Assembly: GCF_006345805.1 (NCBI RefSeq)
Contig: NC_043001.1
Location: 49,724,001-49,788,000 of the forward strand
Reading direction: 5' to 3'
DNA from: Octopus sinensis
Lineage: Eukaryota
DNA: 64,000 nucleotides
Part shown: positions 49,539-63,576 of the stretch, piece by piece
Layout: every line of letters starts with the position of its first letter
How positions within the stretch are numbered: position 1 is the stretch's first letter
The notes under the pieces: generated by a model
What the model was told of the DNA's origin: nothing
The model's input: only the letters and a program-made list of their open reading frames with translations
Databases searched by the model: none
Translations under genes and position numbers: made by a program

Positions 49539-52152
49539 AGAAAGAGAGTGACTCAAGAAACTGGAACTGCAGTGTGTGTATGCATGTGTTGGAGGGAATG
49601 CAAGGAAGGGATGTGTATTTGTAGATGTATAATAAATATGTGTATATGTATTTGAGTGTGTGTGTGTGTGTGCGCGTGCACACACACACACACACATATA
49701 TATAGAGAGAGAGAGAGAGAGATGGGCAATCGAAGTTAGAGCTGGACTATGAATTAAATGGTCACAAATTTGGAGCTACTAAGGGGCATAACTGACTGCT
49801 TAAGTGGCTGTCTGACTAGAAAACAAGAAAATTATATTCCTATTTAACATTCAAGTGATTAACAATAGGATGGAACATGATATCTAATAAAATAGGATTC
49901 TATCCTGGCATAATAGAACATTGTACCAGGTACAAAAGCAGCAAAATAAACCAAAACAGAGGCACAACAGTACAATTAACATACTTATCTACTGCTCAAG
50001 CTTTTCTTATATTGTATGTATATCGAGTTCTAACTACTGGTTACTAGTATCCCTATGCCTAAATGAAATCATTATAGATATAAACCTACATAGTAGATAT
50101 ACAAACATGGTAAATTTAACTATTTCTCCAGAGACTGAAAGCAAATGATGAACAGCCTTAATTGATGTTTGACCCTTATTGGGGTCTCATCAGGTGTCTA
50201 CATCACTTGAAACCACCCCAGAGAAACAAGTGGCCAATCTGTTTATATACACAACAATAAAATATACAAACATGGTATATATATATATATATATATATAT
50301 AGTAATAATAAAAATGATTTGTGGATGGAAATTTTTATACTTAATGCCTTGTGGCATATGTTTCTGTATAGCACATGTAAGTTCTGTGCAGAGACATGTT
50401 GCAAGGCATTAATGAAGTATAAAACTTTCTATCCACAAATCATTTTCGTTATTACTACACTTATCCTAAGTTGTAAGGAGTTTTGCAAATATACCATCCC
50501 ATAAAATTACTATGGAAGATTGGAATAACATGCAGTAGCTGACAACAAAAAGCATAGGCGCTTTTGCAAGAAAAAGATATATATATGGTGAGAAGATGCT
50601 AGAATAAGTGTACAACAAATGAAAACTGTATCAGTGCTCGGAATGTCTAAAACTCTTAAAATCCAACTTTCTAATCAAGATAAAAATAATTCTGCAGTTG
50701 GCTATAAGAACTGTGTAGCTAGAGTGTGTGATGAAAATACAATAAGATGGACAAACATGAACACATGGCATATCATTTACAAAAGATGTTATAGAAACAT
50801 AATTGAAAATATAATTAGTAAGTGAAAATGTTCCTAGATTGTCGACATTCATAAGAATTTTGTAAACTTTTTAGAGAATGTGAACAAATTCTTTTCGTGG
50901 AATTTCTTGAAGCACACATAATAATATCATGTAAATATTGGACAGGAGAAGTTGAAGGTTGCCCATCGACTTTTTCTATCCAAAAAGGGATTTTTTTCAA
51001 CCCAATATTTACATGCTATTATTTACAGCTTTATGTGTGCTTTGAGATATTCCAAAAACATAATTGTCTATCCATCTGTTTGTAGATAGATAGATAATTA
51101 TGTCTAGGCAGATTGTATACTATGAGAACTAGGAAGCAGATGATGTTAGCTCTCTCCCAGTAGGTAACAAACTAAATGGGTGTTCCATGATAAACCAGCA
51201 TTATAAAAAAAAAAAACTAACAAACAAAAAGACAGGTGGTTTACATAAAAGTTGGAGGCCACTCTAAGACAAAAATGGAGCTAACAATAACTGTAAAGCA
51301 CTGAACAGAGATAAGATATGTTAATGTCATGAAAAATATTCTCAAATATTTTTGTCAGTCAATTTTAATAAATAATAATTTTTTAAATAAATCGCTGAGA
51401 TTAATTACTGAGAACAGCAATATTTATGACAACTTTCTACACCACTAACGAAATATAAAACAAGTAAACAAAACAGGTTCTTTGAGGGTTAGTTAGATGT
51501 GGCAAATAAATGCATTACACTTCAACTTTTCCCCTCTGCTTTTATAATAAGCAATCTTGTGTTTTGAGATAAATTATTACTTGGTACTTGACTAAGGTGT
51601 ACAAGCAGCCACTTACTGCTAAAATACATAAGGCAATAAGGTTGGGGAGGGGGGGGTTAGTCCTAAAGCCATTTCAACAATTCAAAGATTGCTCTGGTAA
51701 ATAAACTATCAAATTTAGCAATGGATGTATGAGTCAAGCATGGCACGTGTGTGTGTGTGTGTTGTGTCTGTTAATGCATACTTTTCATTATTCCTTAATT
51801 TGAAATTCAAAATTCTCATCCTGCCAAATACTATGAAGAAACGGTTATCTCCCTTCCAATAGCAGCAAAGCTGTTATGCTATTAAGATGGTTTAAAACTT
51901 AACAATGACTAGCATGGAAAACAGTTACCAAATAAAATTTGCAACGAGTGCCAAGAATGATATGATCAGCCTCACTAATTCTATTTCAGACAACATTGGC
52001 AAGCCATTTAAGTAACTCAAACTCTTTGGTATATAAAACATGCATATATATAGAAATTAACAATTTTGTCTATATGTGTGTGGTGGAGCAGCTCATATAG
52101 TGTTCCATTAAATGCACAATATTCAAGATACATTTCTTTTTTAAAGATTTCT

Positions 52153-52426
52153 TTCAGATTTTCTCATTAGTTTTTTACAGTTGGTTTGGAACCATAGCAT
52201 TCCTAAATCCATATCCAACATTTCCAATTCTTCAGTCTCATTTTAAAGTAACTGAATTGAATATATTTGGAGTTTGTTATGAGAAACAACACAAATGTCA
52301 AATACATTGAATTCAATTGTTGATAATGAGACTTTGAAGATCCAGAAATGTCAGAAGTGGATTTAGAAAACTTTACTGTTCTAAACCAACCATAAAAAGA
52401 TAAAATTTAAGATAAAGAAAACTGAA
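52153..52426. repeat. Diverged palindrome of about 270 bp
   Basis: Nested mirror blocks: gttggtttggaac/gttctaaaccaac, ctaaatcca/tggatttag, cagtctcatt/aatgagact, tgaattgaatatatttg/caaatacattgaattca. Confidence 0.8.
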
Positions 52427-55400
52427 GCTTGAACATAGTCATGTATTTAATGAAATATACACATTACATATATAATCTAATGTAATCTTGTCATACATAC
52501 TGCATTAAAACAGCAATCTCCCTACTCACAGGCTTAAGTGTATTGCTAGGGGTACACACTAACTTAATAAGGATGGCTATGTATATGTATGCCTATTCTC
52601 ATCTTGACCAAACCTGTTTGATCCAGAAGAAAAGCAAAACAATAATACATCATGTTATAGGTTTTGTGTGTGTGTGTGTGTACACAATGGTATGAAACAG
52701 CATAAATCATAAAAAATTAGCAAGATATTTAATGAGACAATGAGAGAGAGAGGGGATGGGTGGTGAACAGAGAATTGAACACAATTAGGTGGTGTTGTGT
52801 AAGGACTGGGCTGGAGAGCATGGGTTGGTGATTAAAGAATTCATTGAAAAGAGGAGGACAAGTGGTGGTGGTGATGGTAGTTGTGGCTGTAGCCTCCATT
52901 TTGTAGGTCAACAAATAGCAGGGTCAGCTTTTAATCAAGGACCCTTCCACAACTCTTGACACATTATCTCACCACAGATATGTTCAATGAGATAACATAC
53001 ATAATGTATATATACTTATACACTATCATGTATAAGTATGTACACATGTATGAGTGTTATCAACACTATATATATGATCTGGTATTTATAACACAGGTGG
53101 ATAATGAAGAAAAAAAATAATCCTCTATCCAAACACTTATTTTATAACACCTCAGCACACTCAATGTACATATACCCAAGCATAAAATGTATGCACATAT
53201 GAATGCAGCAATATACTGTGTAGCATTTAGAGACATTTACAGCTACCATAGTAGATAAGGTGCGGTAAGCTAAACCAACACATGCGTTTAACTCGCAGAA
53301 GCAATGTTCCCAGTATACACCAACAGCTCTTTTCTACCAATAGTTATACCTATTTCTTTTGACAAGGTCTCATCAAAGTAATTTCGAAAAAATTAACCAA
53401 TTATAAAAACATAAGAATTTTTAAAAAATGTATAAATATGGCAAACAGAAAGCACTGACCGATCTTATACATTTGGAAAAACAAAAATAGCTGATGACCC
53501 TACCTAAATAGGTACTAAATATTACAAATGGCCCTAACTAAAAAACATTCAATAAATGTCTCTTGTATATTATATAATGAGTGAGATTTTTGGTCAGGGC
53601 CTTACCCTCCTTAAAATTATTCTTAACTGATGTTCAGTGACATATCAAATGAATACAAACTATGAAAAGGTGTGAATAAAATTAACAATTGTTTCCATCA
53701 TTGGCACAAAGCTACATGATATAGGAATAATGGAACAGTGGAATTGGATCAATGGCTAACAGACTGCTACTTATTTTATTGATCAGGGGAGGATTGAAGC
53801 CAAGGAGTCACCTCTAGCAGGGAAGATCTGAAAAACACACACACACACACACACACACAAATATGAAGAGACTAACTAAAATGTAATAAGACATTCTGTC
53901 TGGTGCTTCACTAGCTTTGCATTTCACAGGCCTTACTAATTAGTAATTATCATTATTATTATCAAGTGAGAGGGCTATCAAAGTGACATTGGGGTACAAA
54001 TATACAAAGGCTAATGTGCCCATTATGACTACCTGTCTGATAAGAGTACACCAGGTACATGTATCATAACCATATGTGCGTGACATGGTGATGTCATATC
54101 AAAATAAACAGTGCATGACCTTGCAGGTGGAGCCCAATTAGAATTTTCTTCAGGTTGAGTAGTTCATCCTGCTCAAGAGATCCTTGAATAAGGTTTTTTT
54201 AAGGATTATAAATGAAACACCTAAGTTTCCAGAGGTGAATTATTCAAACCCCCCAAAATTCTTCTCAACACATGACTATGATGCTCAATACTCCTGCTGC
54301 TCATGATCAGAGATGCACACATCATCAGCCACTGAGGGACATGATCAACTGGTTATGGTCAAACAAACCAACAAGCAAATCTGCAGTATTGAGCAGAATA
54401 TTTGCTGTAGCCCATCTTTTATACCAAGACAAAACATGTACATGGTATTGCACCAGGACATTTATTATTATTATTGTTATTATTATTATTTCTTACATAA
54501 CAACAAAGTTTTAAGTTTTAGTGGGAGAAAGCAGTTGCTTATGTCAACTTCAGTACTTTAATGGTATTTGTTTTATCAATGCTGGAAGGATGAAAGGCAA
54601 AGTGGACCCTTGTAGGATCTGAACTCAGATCAAAAGAAGCCAAAACAAATTCCACATGTCATAATTATAATAGTTGTTTCAAACATTAACACAAGACCTG
54701 AAATTTAGGTGGGAAGGGAGAGTATGCAGTTGATTATATTGACTTCAGTATAACCCCTGCAGAGACGAAAGGCAAAGTCAACTGGGATTTGAACTTAAAA
54801 TATAAAACTAAGAAACAATGCCTCAAGGCATTCTGTCAACCTATCACCCTATTAGTAATGATGATAATAATAATACTAATAGTAACATGCTAAATAAGAT
54901 GATGATGACGATTATGATGATGATGATGATGAGCACATTGTACACTTGATGTTCTCTTGCCAAGAATTGAGCTACAAGAGAATGAAGGAGATGAAATAAA
55001 AATAAAAAAATGGAAGAACAAGAGCCCCCAGTGGGTAGGACTTATTGTAGAGCATCATCATTCAGTTACACATACGCAGTACATGAATATACAATTCCTG
55101 TGTTTACACCAAGTGTGTATGAATGAATATATGTATGCATGAAGTATATGTATTTATAATCTCAGGGTATATAATGTACCCTAATGCAGGCCTGATCAAC
55201 TTGAAACTCTGTATGGGACGTTAAAATCATGCCTATTTAAATATATCTATTCAGAAAAATATTCAACTGTTAGTTTGAGCATTTTCATTTCTATTTCTCT
55301 CTCATTCTCTTACTATCACTTATCAATTTAATTTTTATAATTTACTTAATGTAATATATCGTGTACTCTGTACTACATACAATGTTTATCAAATTATTAA

Positions 55401-56730
55401 ATTATTGTTTTACAAGTGATACCCTTCATAAAGCCTACTATAAAAAGGCTTTCCACATCTGTCTTAAAGTACACATTAACCCCTGTCCCCCAACAAAAAC
55501 ACCCCCAGAACATTACAAGTATAAGAAATTTTTTAGCTTCTACAGTGTGTTTTTTTATTCTAGAATTCCCATGTATGTGTATATAATGTGAAGTGAAATC
55601 TAGGCATAGATCTGTTGCGTGTGTATATGTGTAAGACAGAGAAGACACTACCTCTAGTGTAAAATAAAAAAAAAAATCCCATTGTTCATTTATTACAACC
55701 TTTCCTCCTATGATGAGATACTTAACAAAAACTATCATAAACAGAGAATCAGAAAGTAAAACAAAATAAGATAAAGAAAAATAACAGAGAAAATGATTGC
55801 GGGCACAAAATTTTCTTTCACTGCCAACACACAGACACACATTCTTTTGTGAATACCAAGAGTATAGATGGGAACAGTCAATATGTATTTCAAGGTTCTC
55901 TTAGCATTTCCCACAGGAAGGATGAAAGATTGAACCTGGCATTGTCAATTAAGATGGGTCTGTCATGAGGACTCATAAGGCTGGAGGCTAACCCGGTTTC
56001 TATGGAGTATAAGTGACTGATATTACTACACACACCTCTGAACGAGATGCTAGTCCATCACAAGGTTAACTTCCTGGTTGTTGCTGGTAACGCCTTTATT
56101 GTTGGGTGGACTGGAGCAACATGAAATGAAAAGTGTTTTGTTCAAGAACACAATGCCCTGCCCAGTTCAGGAATCGAAACTACACTCCAAATCTTGAGTG
56201 CAACACTCTAACCACAAGTTTATGCACCTTCACTATTGCCAACTAAGTAACAAACCAATTATGCATTTCTATGCAGCCATTACTTACAGCAATGAGTTGG
56301 ATGACTATCTGACACCAATTTGTGGCTGAGTGCACTCAGTCAAAAAGAGATAGGGTTCTTGATCACGAACACAAGGCAGTACAACAGAAACAGCTAAAGC
56401 AGGGAAAAGAGAGACAGATAAATGTCAAGAGAATGTGAATCTCTTGCTTTGATTGCCTACTTTACCATGGACAACCACTTTATGTGTGACTGTGTTTGTA
56501 CATACACTTCATCAACTGAAAAATATAAGACCTTTGTAGTTACTGTGAGTTTCAGCTTTCAATTCCTAAATTTTGCAATCTGAAAAACTGAAAGATGAAG
56601 CTGACACTGACAGTAATTACATCATACTGTCTGGTACATAAATGGTTTTACTCTGCCTACAGTACCAAGCTTCCGTATTCTTGACATTATGCATACACTG
56701 TACACAAATCTTTGTTAGAATATATGTATA

Positions 56731-56767
<37 letters not shown>

Positions 56768-57611
56768 GCACACACATATGTGTGAGTGTGCATATGTGTA
56801 TGCATATATGCATATGTGAATGCATTTGCACACACACATGTATAAGCGTGTGCATGTATATATATAAACATGATGATAAAAATAAAAAGGAACAAAACAA
56901 TAACTTTCCATGGTTTGCAATTGAAGCATCATGCCACCATCAGTTTAGACCAGCGCCACTACCACTACCACCAATAGCACCACAATCATCATCACCAACA
57001 CCATCATCATCATCAGTAGAACAGAAGCAGCTGATCAGCATAACAGGGTTTACAGTATGAAGCTATATATGATGTATATATATAATGTATATCTAATGCA
57101 TAAAAGGTATATATATATATATACATATATATATATAGTGTGTAAATATTTTTAATGCATATACATATATATATATAATGCATACATATATTGTGTGAGT
57201 GTGTATATACACACATACAGGCACACACATACATATATATAAACAATGTATTTGTGTGCATGTCTGTGTGTGAGTGTGTGTATATTCATGCATTTATAAA
57301 ATACCAAATGCTAAGAATGATTGCTAAAATGCCCAGCAAAAGAGACAGAGAGAGGGTGCATATGTGTGTGTGTGTGTGTGTGTGAGAGTATGTGTGTATG
57401 TGAATGTATTTATGAGACAGACAGACAGACAAGTAGACACACAAACAGACACTGCAATTCACATTTCTGCTCCAAATAAAATAAAATATAACACCCAACC
57501 CAACCCATAACTCTTTTTCTTTTTCCTGTTTGTCTTTTTCAATATTTTAAAAATTTTTTCTGTCTCATTTTTCTATGAATGTACATATATGATGTATGTC
57601 TTATATATATA

Positions 57612-57676
<65 letters not shown>

Positions 57677-57769
57677 GCGTGTGTGTGTATATATATATAT
57701 ATGTATATATATCCATCTTTTTAATGCATTTTCTTTCATTTTGTTCAGTTGATTTGATTTGATTTTCAT

Positions 57770-57810
57770 TTTATTGAAAATGTTTTTTAATTTATGTTTT
57801 CCTTTTTATT
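57770..57810 (-). terminator. Two candidate AATAAA polyadenylation signals for the PTP gene
   Basis: tttatt on + at 57805-57810 and 57770-57775, about 620-660 nt after the stop codon. Confidence 0.35.
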
Positions 57811-58430
57811 ATTGTCCATACATTTTTTTCTGGTTTGTTTTTATCATTTTTAAAATTTTTTTACTTTTTTGCATTTTCCCTGTCATCTCCACCTCTGTCT
57901 CGGTGGCGTGCCTCGTCACGCTCACCAGATATATATGACAGTCAGTCACACATGTCTAGACAACGGGAGAACAAGAAAAAAAACCCAAGAAACCACTGCA
58001 GATGGCATGTTTATGAAACTGGTGTATGTTTGTTAAGGTATACATGTGTAAGTATATGTGTGTATGCATGCATGCATGTGTGTGTGTGTAAGACTGGGGA
58101 TGGATAGGGGTAACAATAGTTGTGTAGTAGTAGTAGTAATACTAGTAGTGGTGATAGGACCAGTATTGGAAGTAGGATGTATTTCGGTGATGAATGCCTT
58201 CTCTTCCCTCTCTTTCTCTCTCTCCTCCAACCAAGCAATTAACCAAAGGGAGACAAATTAGCACAGCTGATGTGTATGGACCCATTGGTTGGTGTAGAAG
58301 GTAATCTGCAGCAACGAAGAGGGTAATAAAATAAGAGGAAGGGAGGAAGGCAGAGTAGAGCAGAGTCGTAGTGGGGTAGTGGAGAGAATTCAGTGGGTTA
58401 GGGTTGGGAAACGAGTGAGATGTTTGAGGT

Positions 58431-58598
58431 CTACATGTCTGGCCAAGGCCCATTGCAGTTAGAGTTAGGTAACATGCCATTTTTGATGGCTCTGTGGTGA
58501 GGAAGTGTAGCAGTTCGATAGGACTCCTTTTCTTTCTCCTTCTCAGCCATGTGTTTACATAGACTGTCGATTGCTTTGTACAAATAATGATAGTTGTC
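58431..58598 (-). CDS. Ptp99A: R5 receptor PTP terminal coding exon (168 nt with TAG): DNYHYLYKAIDSLCKHMAEKEKEKESYRTATLPHHRAIKNGMLPNSNCNGPWPDM*
   Basis: tttctgttgcag| acceptor, phase 0. DNYHYLYKAI.SL matches the EQYQFLYK..LSL helix that ends D2 domains. The exon's 3' end could be alternatively spliced. Confidence 0.85.
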   Translation of the reverse strand, partial: DNYHYLYKAIDSLCKHMAEKEKEKESYRTATLPHHRAIKNGMLPNSNCNGPWPDM

Positions 58599-60688
58599 CT
58601 GCAACAGAAACAAATAGACAATGTTAAAGTTTGATGCAAAAGAAGATATTTTGGAAGGATGGCAGTTATACATTAGTAAAAACAAAACTGTAACTGTTGA
58701 TTTATCAGTACCATTTCATACCCAAACCCCCGTGCTTTTTCTCTCTCTCTCTGGCCAGGTAACCATGTACATCCTCTATAGCAAGACATCTGTTTCTGTC
58801 TCTCTGTCTCACTCTAACCTTTCATCATCTGACACAAGATCACCTCCTCCAATGCCCCTCCCCGCTCTCAAAGATTCCTTGTCTTGCAAGTTACTTGGTG
58901 ACCCTGTTGGTGCTGGTGCCACATAAAAAGCATCCAGCTCACACTGTTAAGTGGTTGACATTTGGCAGGGCATTCAGCTGTAAAAACCTTGCAAAAACTT
59001 ACCTCACCTGTGCCAGTGCCGTACAAAAAGCACTCAGTTCATTCTGCAGGGTGCTTGTCTGTTTTGGCATAGTTTTTATGGCTGGATGCCCTTCCTAACA
59101 ACACAGAAGCCTGGTGTAGTTTACTATGTGGCCAGCTCCTGAGAAAGCGTCTAACCCTTGCCAACTTTGAAGGCAGAATTTAAACAATGATAATGATGAC
59201 ACATATACTACTGACTTCCATGGCCATAAGTTCATATTTGAGTACACTCTTTGTATTGTACTCAGGATCAAGGCACCTCACTCTACCTATTCGAATTTGT
59301 CTGACCAAAACCAGAAAACAAATTCCAATCCTACCACGTATTTGAAGGGTTTGTATTAGGAAGGAAATTCAGCTCTAAAACAGCAGCACCAAACTCAGCT
59401 GACAACCTGACTGCTGCCCGTCATGGAAGCATGAAGCAAGATATGTAAAACAGAACCATTGAAACGTGGGATGAAAACATTGTGACAGGCAGACTATTTT
59501 TCACTGACAGCTCAGCATCTGGAACATTTAAGGGAGCATTCTGATTTCGTTTTATAGCCAATTCCATTAGAAAACCTCCTCGACAAAAAATTGAGAATCT
59601 ACCCCAGAAAACTTATCTCCTTGTTAGAGTAAACTGCGTCTCATGTTGAACACACTAGTAGAGTAATCTCCCTTGTTTCAATTGCCTCAGCATTAGGCCA
59701 TGCAGATGGACGTAGATTAGAGAAGTTGTAACATAACATATACCCTATTCATCTTTTAATTGAGGAATTATTGATATAATGACTATTTAGACTGTTAACT
59801 TCATCACCTAATTTCTAGATATTTATAGGAAGGAAGCAAACAAAAAAACACTTGATAAGTGATTGAAATAATTTAACAAGCTGAATAACATTAATTGCTA
59901 ACAGAGGCAGAAGGAAAACAAATTTGAATGATGAGGGAGAGAGTTGATTAGCATGAAGCCAGAACAGCAAGATTTGAACCCAGAATGTAGAGTAAAGACC
60001 TATTTTGTTCAACCACTTACTGATTTTACCTATCCAATAAAAGTGATGGGTATCATCATTGTATTTTTGTCTGCTTTTCTATGCAGATATGGGTTGGGTG
60101 AGAATTATTAAAGCAGTATTATCTGGTCAAATGCCTCTTTTTGATACTAATATCTTTCATTACCTCTAATGATATGCAATGATATGGTGTACCAATGCAA
60201 ATAAAAAAAAATTTAGGATACTGTATTTTCCAGCTGACAAGTTGATGTAGTACATAGTGTAAACATTTAAAACATTGTCACCATCTTTCCAAATCCTGAT
60301 GTATTTCACATGGAATTTTTGGTCCCTTGAGATCGTTACAGTGGTATGAGTTGACCTACCTTTGATTTTAAGTGAAATGGAACTTTAGCAGTTGTGAAAT
60401 ATTTTGGACTATTTCCTCTAACTCTGTCATTTTTTTATAGTCCACAAAATACAGTCAAATAATATTTTCTCAAGCCCTAAAAGCATCAACACCTAAGGTG
60501 AGATTGAACTCAGAAATCTTTACCTGTAACTGTTGAATTTCAAAAGTTTAAACGCTCACCTAGTATCTCATGGAAAAATTACTGATATAATTAATTAGGG
60601 ATACTGAAGCCAATTTCAGTCATATTAACCATACTGTACAGAAATATATCCTAATCTCAATGACAGGTACTTTGTTTACTGACTAATT

Positions 60689-60720
<32 letters not shown>

Positions 60721-60799
60721 GAAAATAATGTATATATACATGTGAGATTAGTTTACAGAAATATAGGATTACATACATTTTTATTTCACATATAGTATC

Positions 60800-61330
60800 A
60801 TCATCATCATCATCGTTTAACGTCTGCTTTCCATGCTAGCATGGGTTGGACTATTTGACTGAGGGCTGGCGAACCAGATGGCTGCACCAGGCTCCAATCT
60901 TGATCTGGCAGTGTTTCTACAGTTAGATGCCCTTCCTAACGCCAACCACTCCAAGAGTGTACTGGGTGCTTTTACGTGCCCAGTCAGGCAGTACTGGCAA
61001 CGACCTCGCTCGAATCTTTTTACACATGCCACCGGCACAGGTGCCAGTAAGGCGATGCTGGCAACGATCACGCTCGAATGGTGCCTTTTACATGCCACCA
61101 GCACGAAGGCCAGTTAGCCGCTCTGGCAACGATCATGCTTGGATGGTGCTCTTAGCACCCTACTAGCACGGGGCACAAGTGCCAGTAAGACGACGCTGGT
61201 AACGATCACACCCGAATGGTGCCTTTTATGTGCCACTGGCAAGGAAGCGGGTTAGCCGCTCTGTTAGCAATCATACTCGTATGGTGCTCTTTGCACCCCA
61301 CTAGCACGGGTGCCAGTCATCGAATTTCAC
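60800..61330 (-). mobile_element. RTE-type LINE 3' end with an expanded internal repeat of about 60-70 bp
   Basis: (cat)n tail and RTE 3' UTR core, then about 5 units of ctggcaacgatca.gctcgaatggtgcct(c)tt.acgtgccac..gcac. Confidence 0.82.
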
Positions 61331-61454
61331 TCTGCAAGCTAATATTTTTCTTTGCATGTGTCTTTATCTCCAAAACTTATATGCATATATACATTATATA
61401 TAATGGTTTGTGTCAAAAAAGAAAAAAACAAAAAATAAAAGAGAATCTACTTAC

Positions 61455-61590
61455 TTTGGTTCCAATAATACCAGTTCGCTTTAAGTGATACAGTTTAGCA
61501 ACTTGGTAAACATCTATAGACTTGTCATGATGGAGTTGGTCATAGAGTGTCCACAGGGCACAGAATAATGCAGCTTGACATCCTCCATGT
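61455..61590 (-). CDS. Ptp99A: R5 receptor PTP D2-domain exon (136 nt): HGGCQAALFCALWTLYDQLHHDKSIDVYQVAKLYHLKRTGIIGTK
   Basis: gaacag| acceptor and |gtaagt donor. GG..A..FCA..TL..QL....DVYQVAKLYH.KR.G matches the PTPRZ1/Ptp99A D2 end. In phase with the previous exon (AG+A=Arg). Confidence 0.92.
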
Positions 61591-62469
61591 CTGTTCATTG
61601 AATAAAGGAGAGAACGGATGTAAATACAATGTGACATCTAACAGCAATAACTTTTGGTAGGAAACAAGCCTTACAACAACCCATAAACTCTTTAGCACTC
61701 AGATTACCCCGTCAAATGTAATGCTTATTTATTCACATTGTTTTGAATTAATCCTGCACCGCTTCATATCTTTAAGATTTTGATAAAGTTATTGTTCGCT
61801 TTTAGAATGACATTGTAGAGTAGGTGTGAAAGGTCAGATCCGGCCAGTTTGAACATAAAACCTGTAGAATATTTTGGCTGGCTATCACTTGGTTTACAGG
61901 CTTAAGTGTTAAATATCATCAGTTGGTTATTCTGGTGTGAAGGTGCATGGTTGAGTGGCTAGAGTGTCAAAGTCACAATCAAGAGGTAGCAAGTTCAATT
62001 CCCAGACCAGGCTGTATTGTGTTCTTCAGGAAGACACTTTATTTCATGCTGCTCCAGTTCTATCACCTGTGCCATCACTAGTGCCAAGGTAGGTATGTAG
62101 GTAAGTAAGTATACAGACATACAGGGTTTCATAACAGTGGCAATAAAGTGTATAAATTATTAGGCATCTAAGGCCTACCACCTTCAGCAAATTTGCTTAC
62201 AAAGGTTTGCTGTTGCATTTATTAGTGTTTTTTTTTAAACTTGAATATATAATGACTACTTTGCAATTTTGGCCCTCAATTTTATATTAAATATCTTGTA
62301 TTATACAATAATAATAATGAATTTATTGTATTGTTCTAAGGAGTACTGTATCAGAAAAAGTAACCAAAACTGCATGAAGAGTACATAGAATATGCACAGG
62401 AAATGAAGAGTGAATATGTCTTTAAAAAATGGGGGTGAGGGAGGAGAGGCATCAGGTGTACTGATAGTG

Positions 62470-62730
62470 AATTTGAGGAAGCATGGAAGTTTTGAAAGAT
62501 GTAGTGACTCAACAGCTAGCAATTGATGCAGGTAGTTTATTTCATGCTTCAGTAGTTCTGAACATGAAAAAATGTTTCTGAAAGTCATGGGTGGTGTGTT
62601 GATTTTTTTGATTTTGTAAGTATGTCCACAAGTGTTAGACATATGGAATTCACAAAAGTGCCCAAGGTTGTTGGAAAGATGGAGAATCTTGTGGGTATCC
62701 ACCAAGTCAGTTGCCAGATGTCAGAACTTT
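62470..62730 (-). mobile_element. Second CR1 LINE 3' fragment
   Basis: Homologous to 24776-25050 (gaagcatggaagtttt...ttcatgcttcag...aaaatgtttc.gaaagtcatggg). Confidence 0.8.
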
Positions 62731-63576
62731 AATGTGTCTATGCCCAGGGAAACAAGATGCTCAGAGTATAGTGGGTATTCATCGGGTTGCACATTTCTAA
62801 ACAATTTCCAGGAGATTAACAAGCTAAACAGACTGGTGATGCAAACCCTAAGTGTAGACATACCACAGTCATATACAGCTTTAAATAGATAGCTGATGGC
62901 ATTTAACAGGTTTTGATACAATTAAAGCCATATTCTTCCATGGTGCTACTTCAACACACTAGGCAAAATATATATTCCTAAAGGGTATGATGAATGCTTG
63001 AGTTACATAAACCCTCAAAGATATTCTTCAAGCAATTCTATAAAACACATCTGTACAATGATATTCAAATACAACCTGTTAGTTTCTTTTAATTATTGAA
63101 ATTCCTACATGTAACTTCATTTTTCAAACGTTCCAGCAAATGTTTTCCCAGAATAAATCTCAAAGTCAAGTTGACAGCAGTACACACAAACTTATAATAC
63201 ATTCCATCCTATCTATCTATAAAAACAGATACAACATTTTCACATACACAAGACAGAATTTCCGTCTACCAAGTTCATTCACAAGACTTTGCTTGGCCAG
63301 AGGTTATAGTAGAAGACGTTTGCCCAAAGTGTCACACAGAGGAGGTGAACCTGAAACAATGTGCTAGGGAAGAAAACGGCTTATATATTATAAATTCAGA
63401 TATGTTTTTAAATCAAACCTTCACATGCTCACAAAGTTCAAACAAATACTAAGACTTGTTAAAACACTAATACTCATGAAGAGTAGCATAAGAAAGAAGT
63501 TTCTGTCCAAGATATATGAAAGAAAAGTGGGGTTATTGGTGAAGGAACGAAGTAACAAATAAGAAATAGAACTCAC

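Noticed and set aside
58142-58639. 165-aa minus-strand ORF overlapping the phosphatase last exon
   Set aside because: It is an alternative frame over the true exon and its 3' UTR, with low-complexity content.
41-63367. The great majority of the 60-165-aa ORFs in the supplied track
   Set aside because: They run through microsatellites (YIYI, VCVC, SLSL, HTHT), SINEs or LINE UTRs and lack motifs. The real genes are spliced and mostly invisible to the track.
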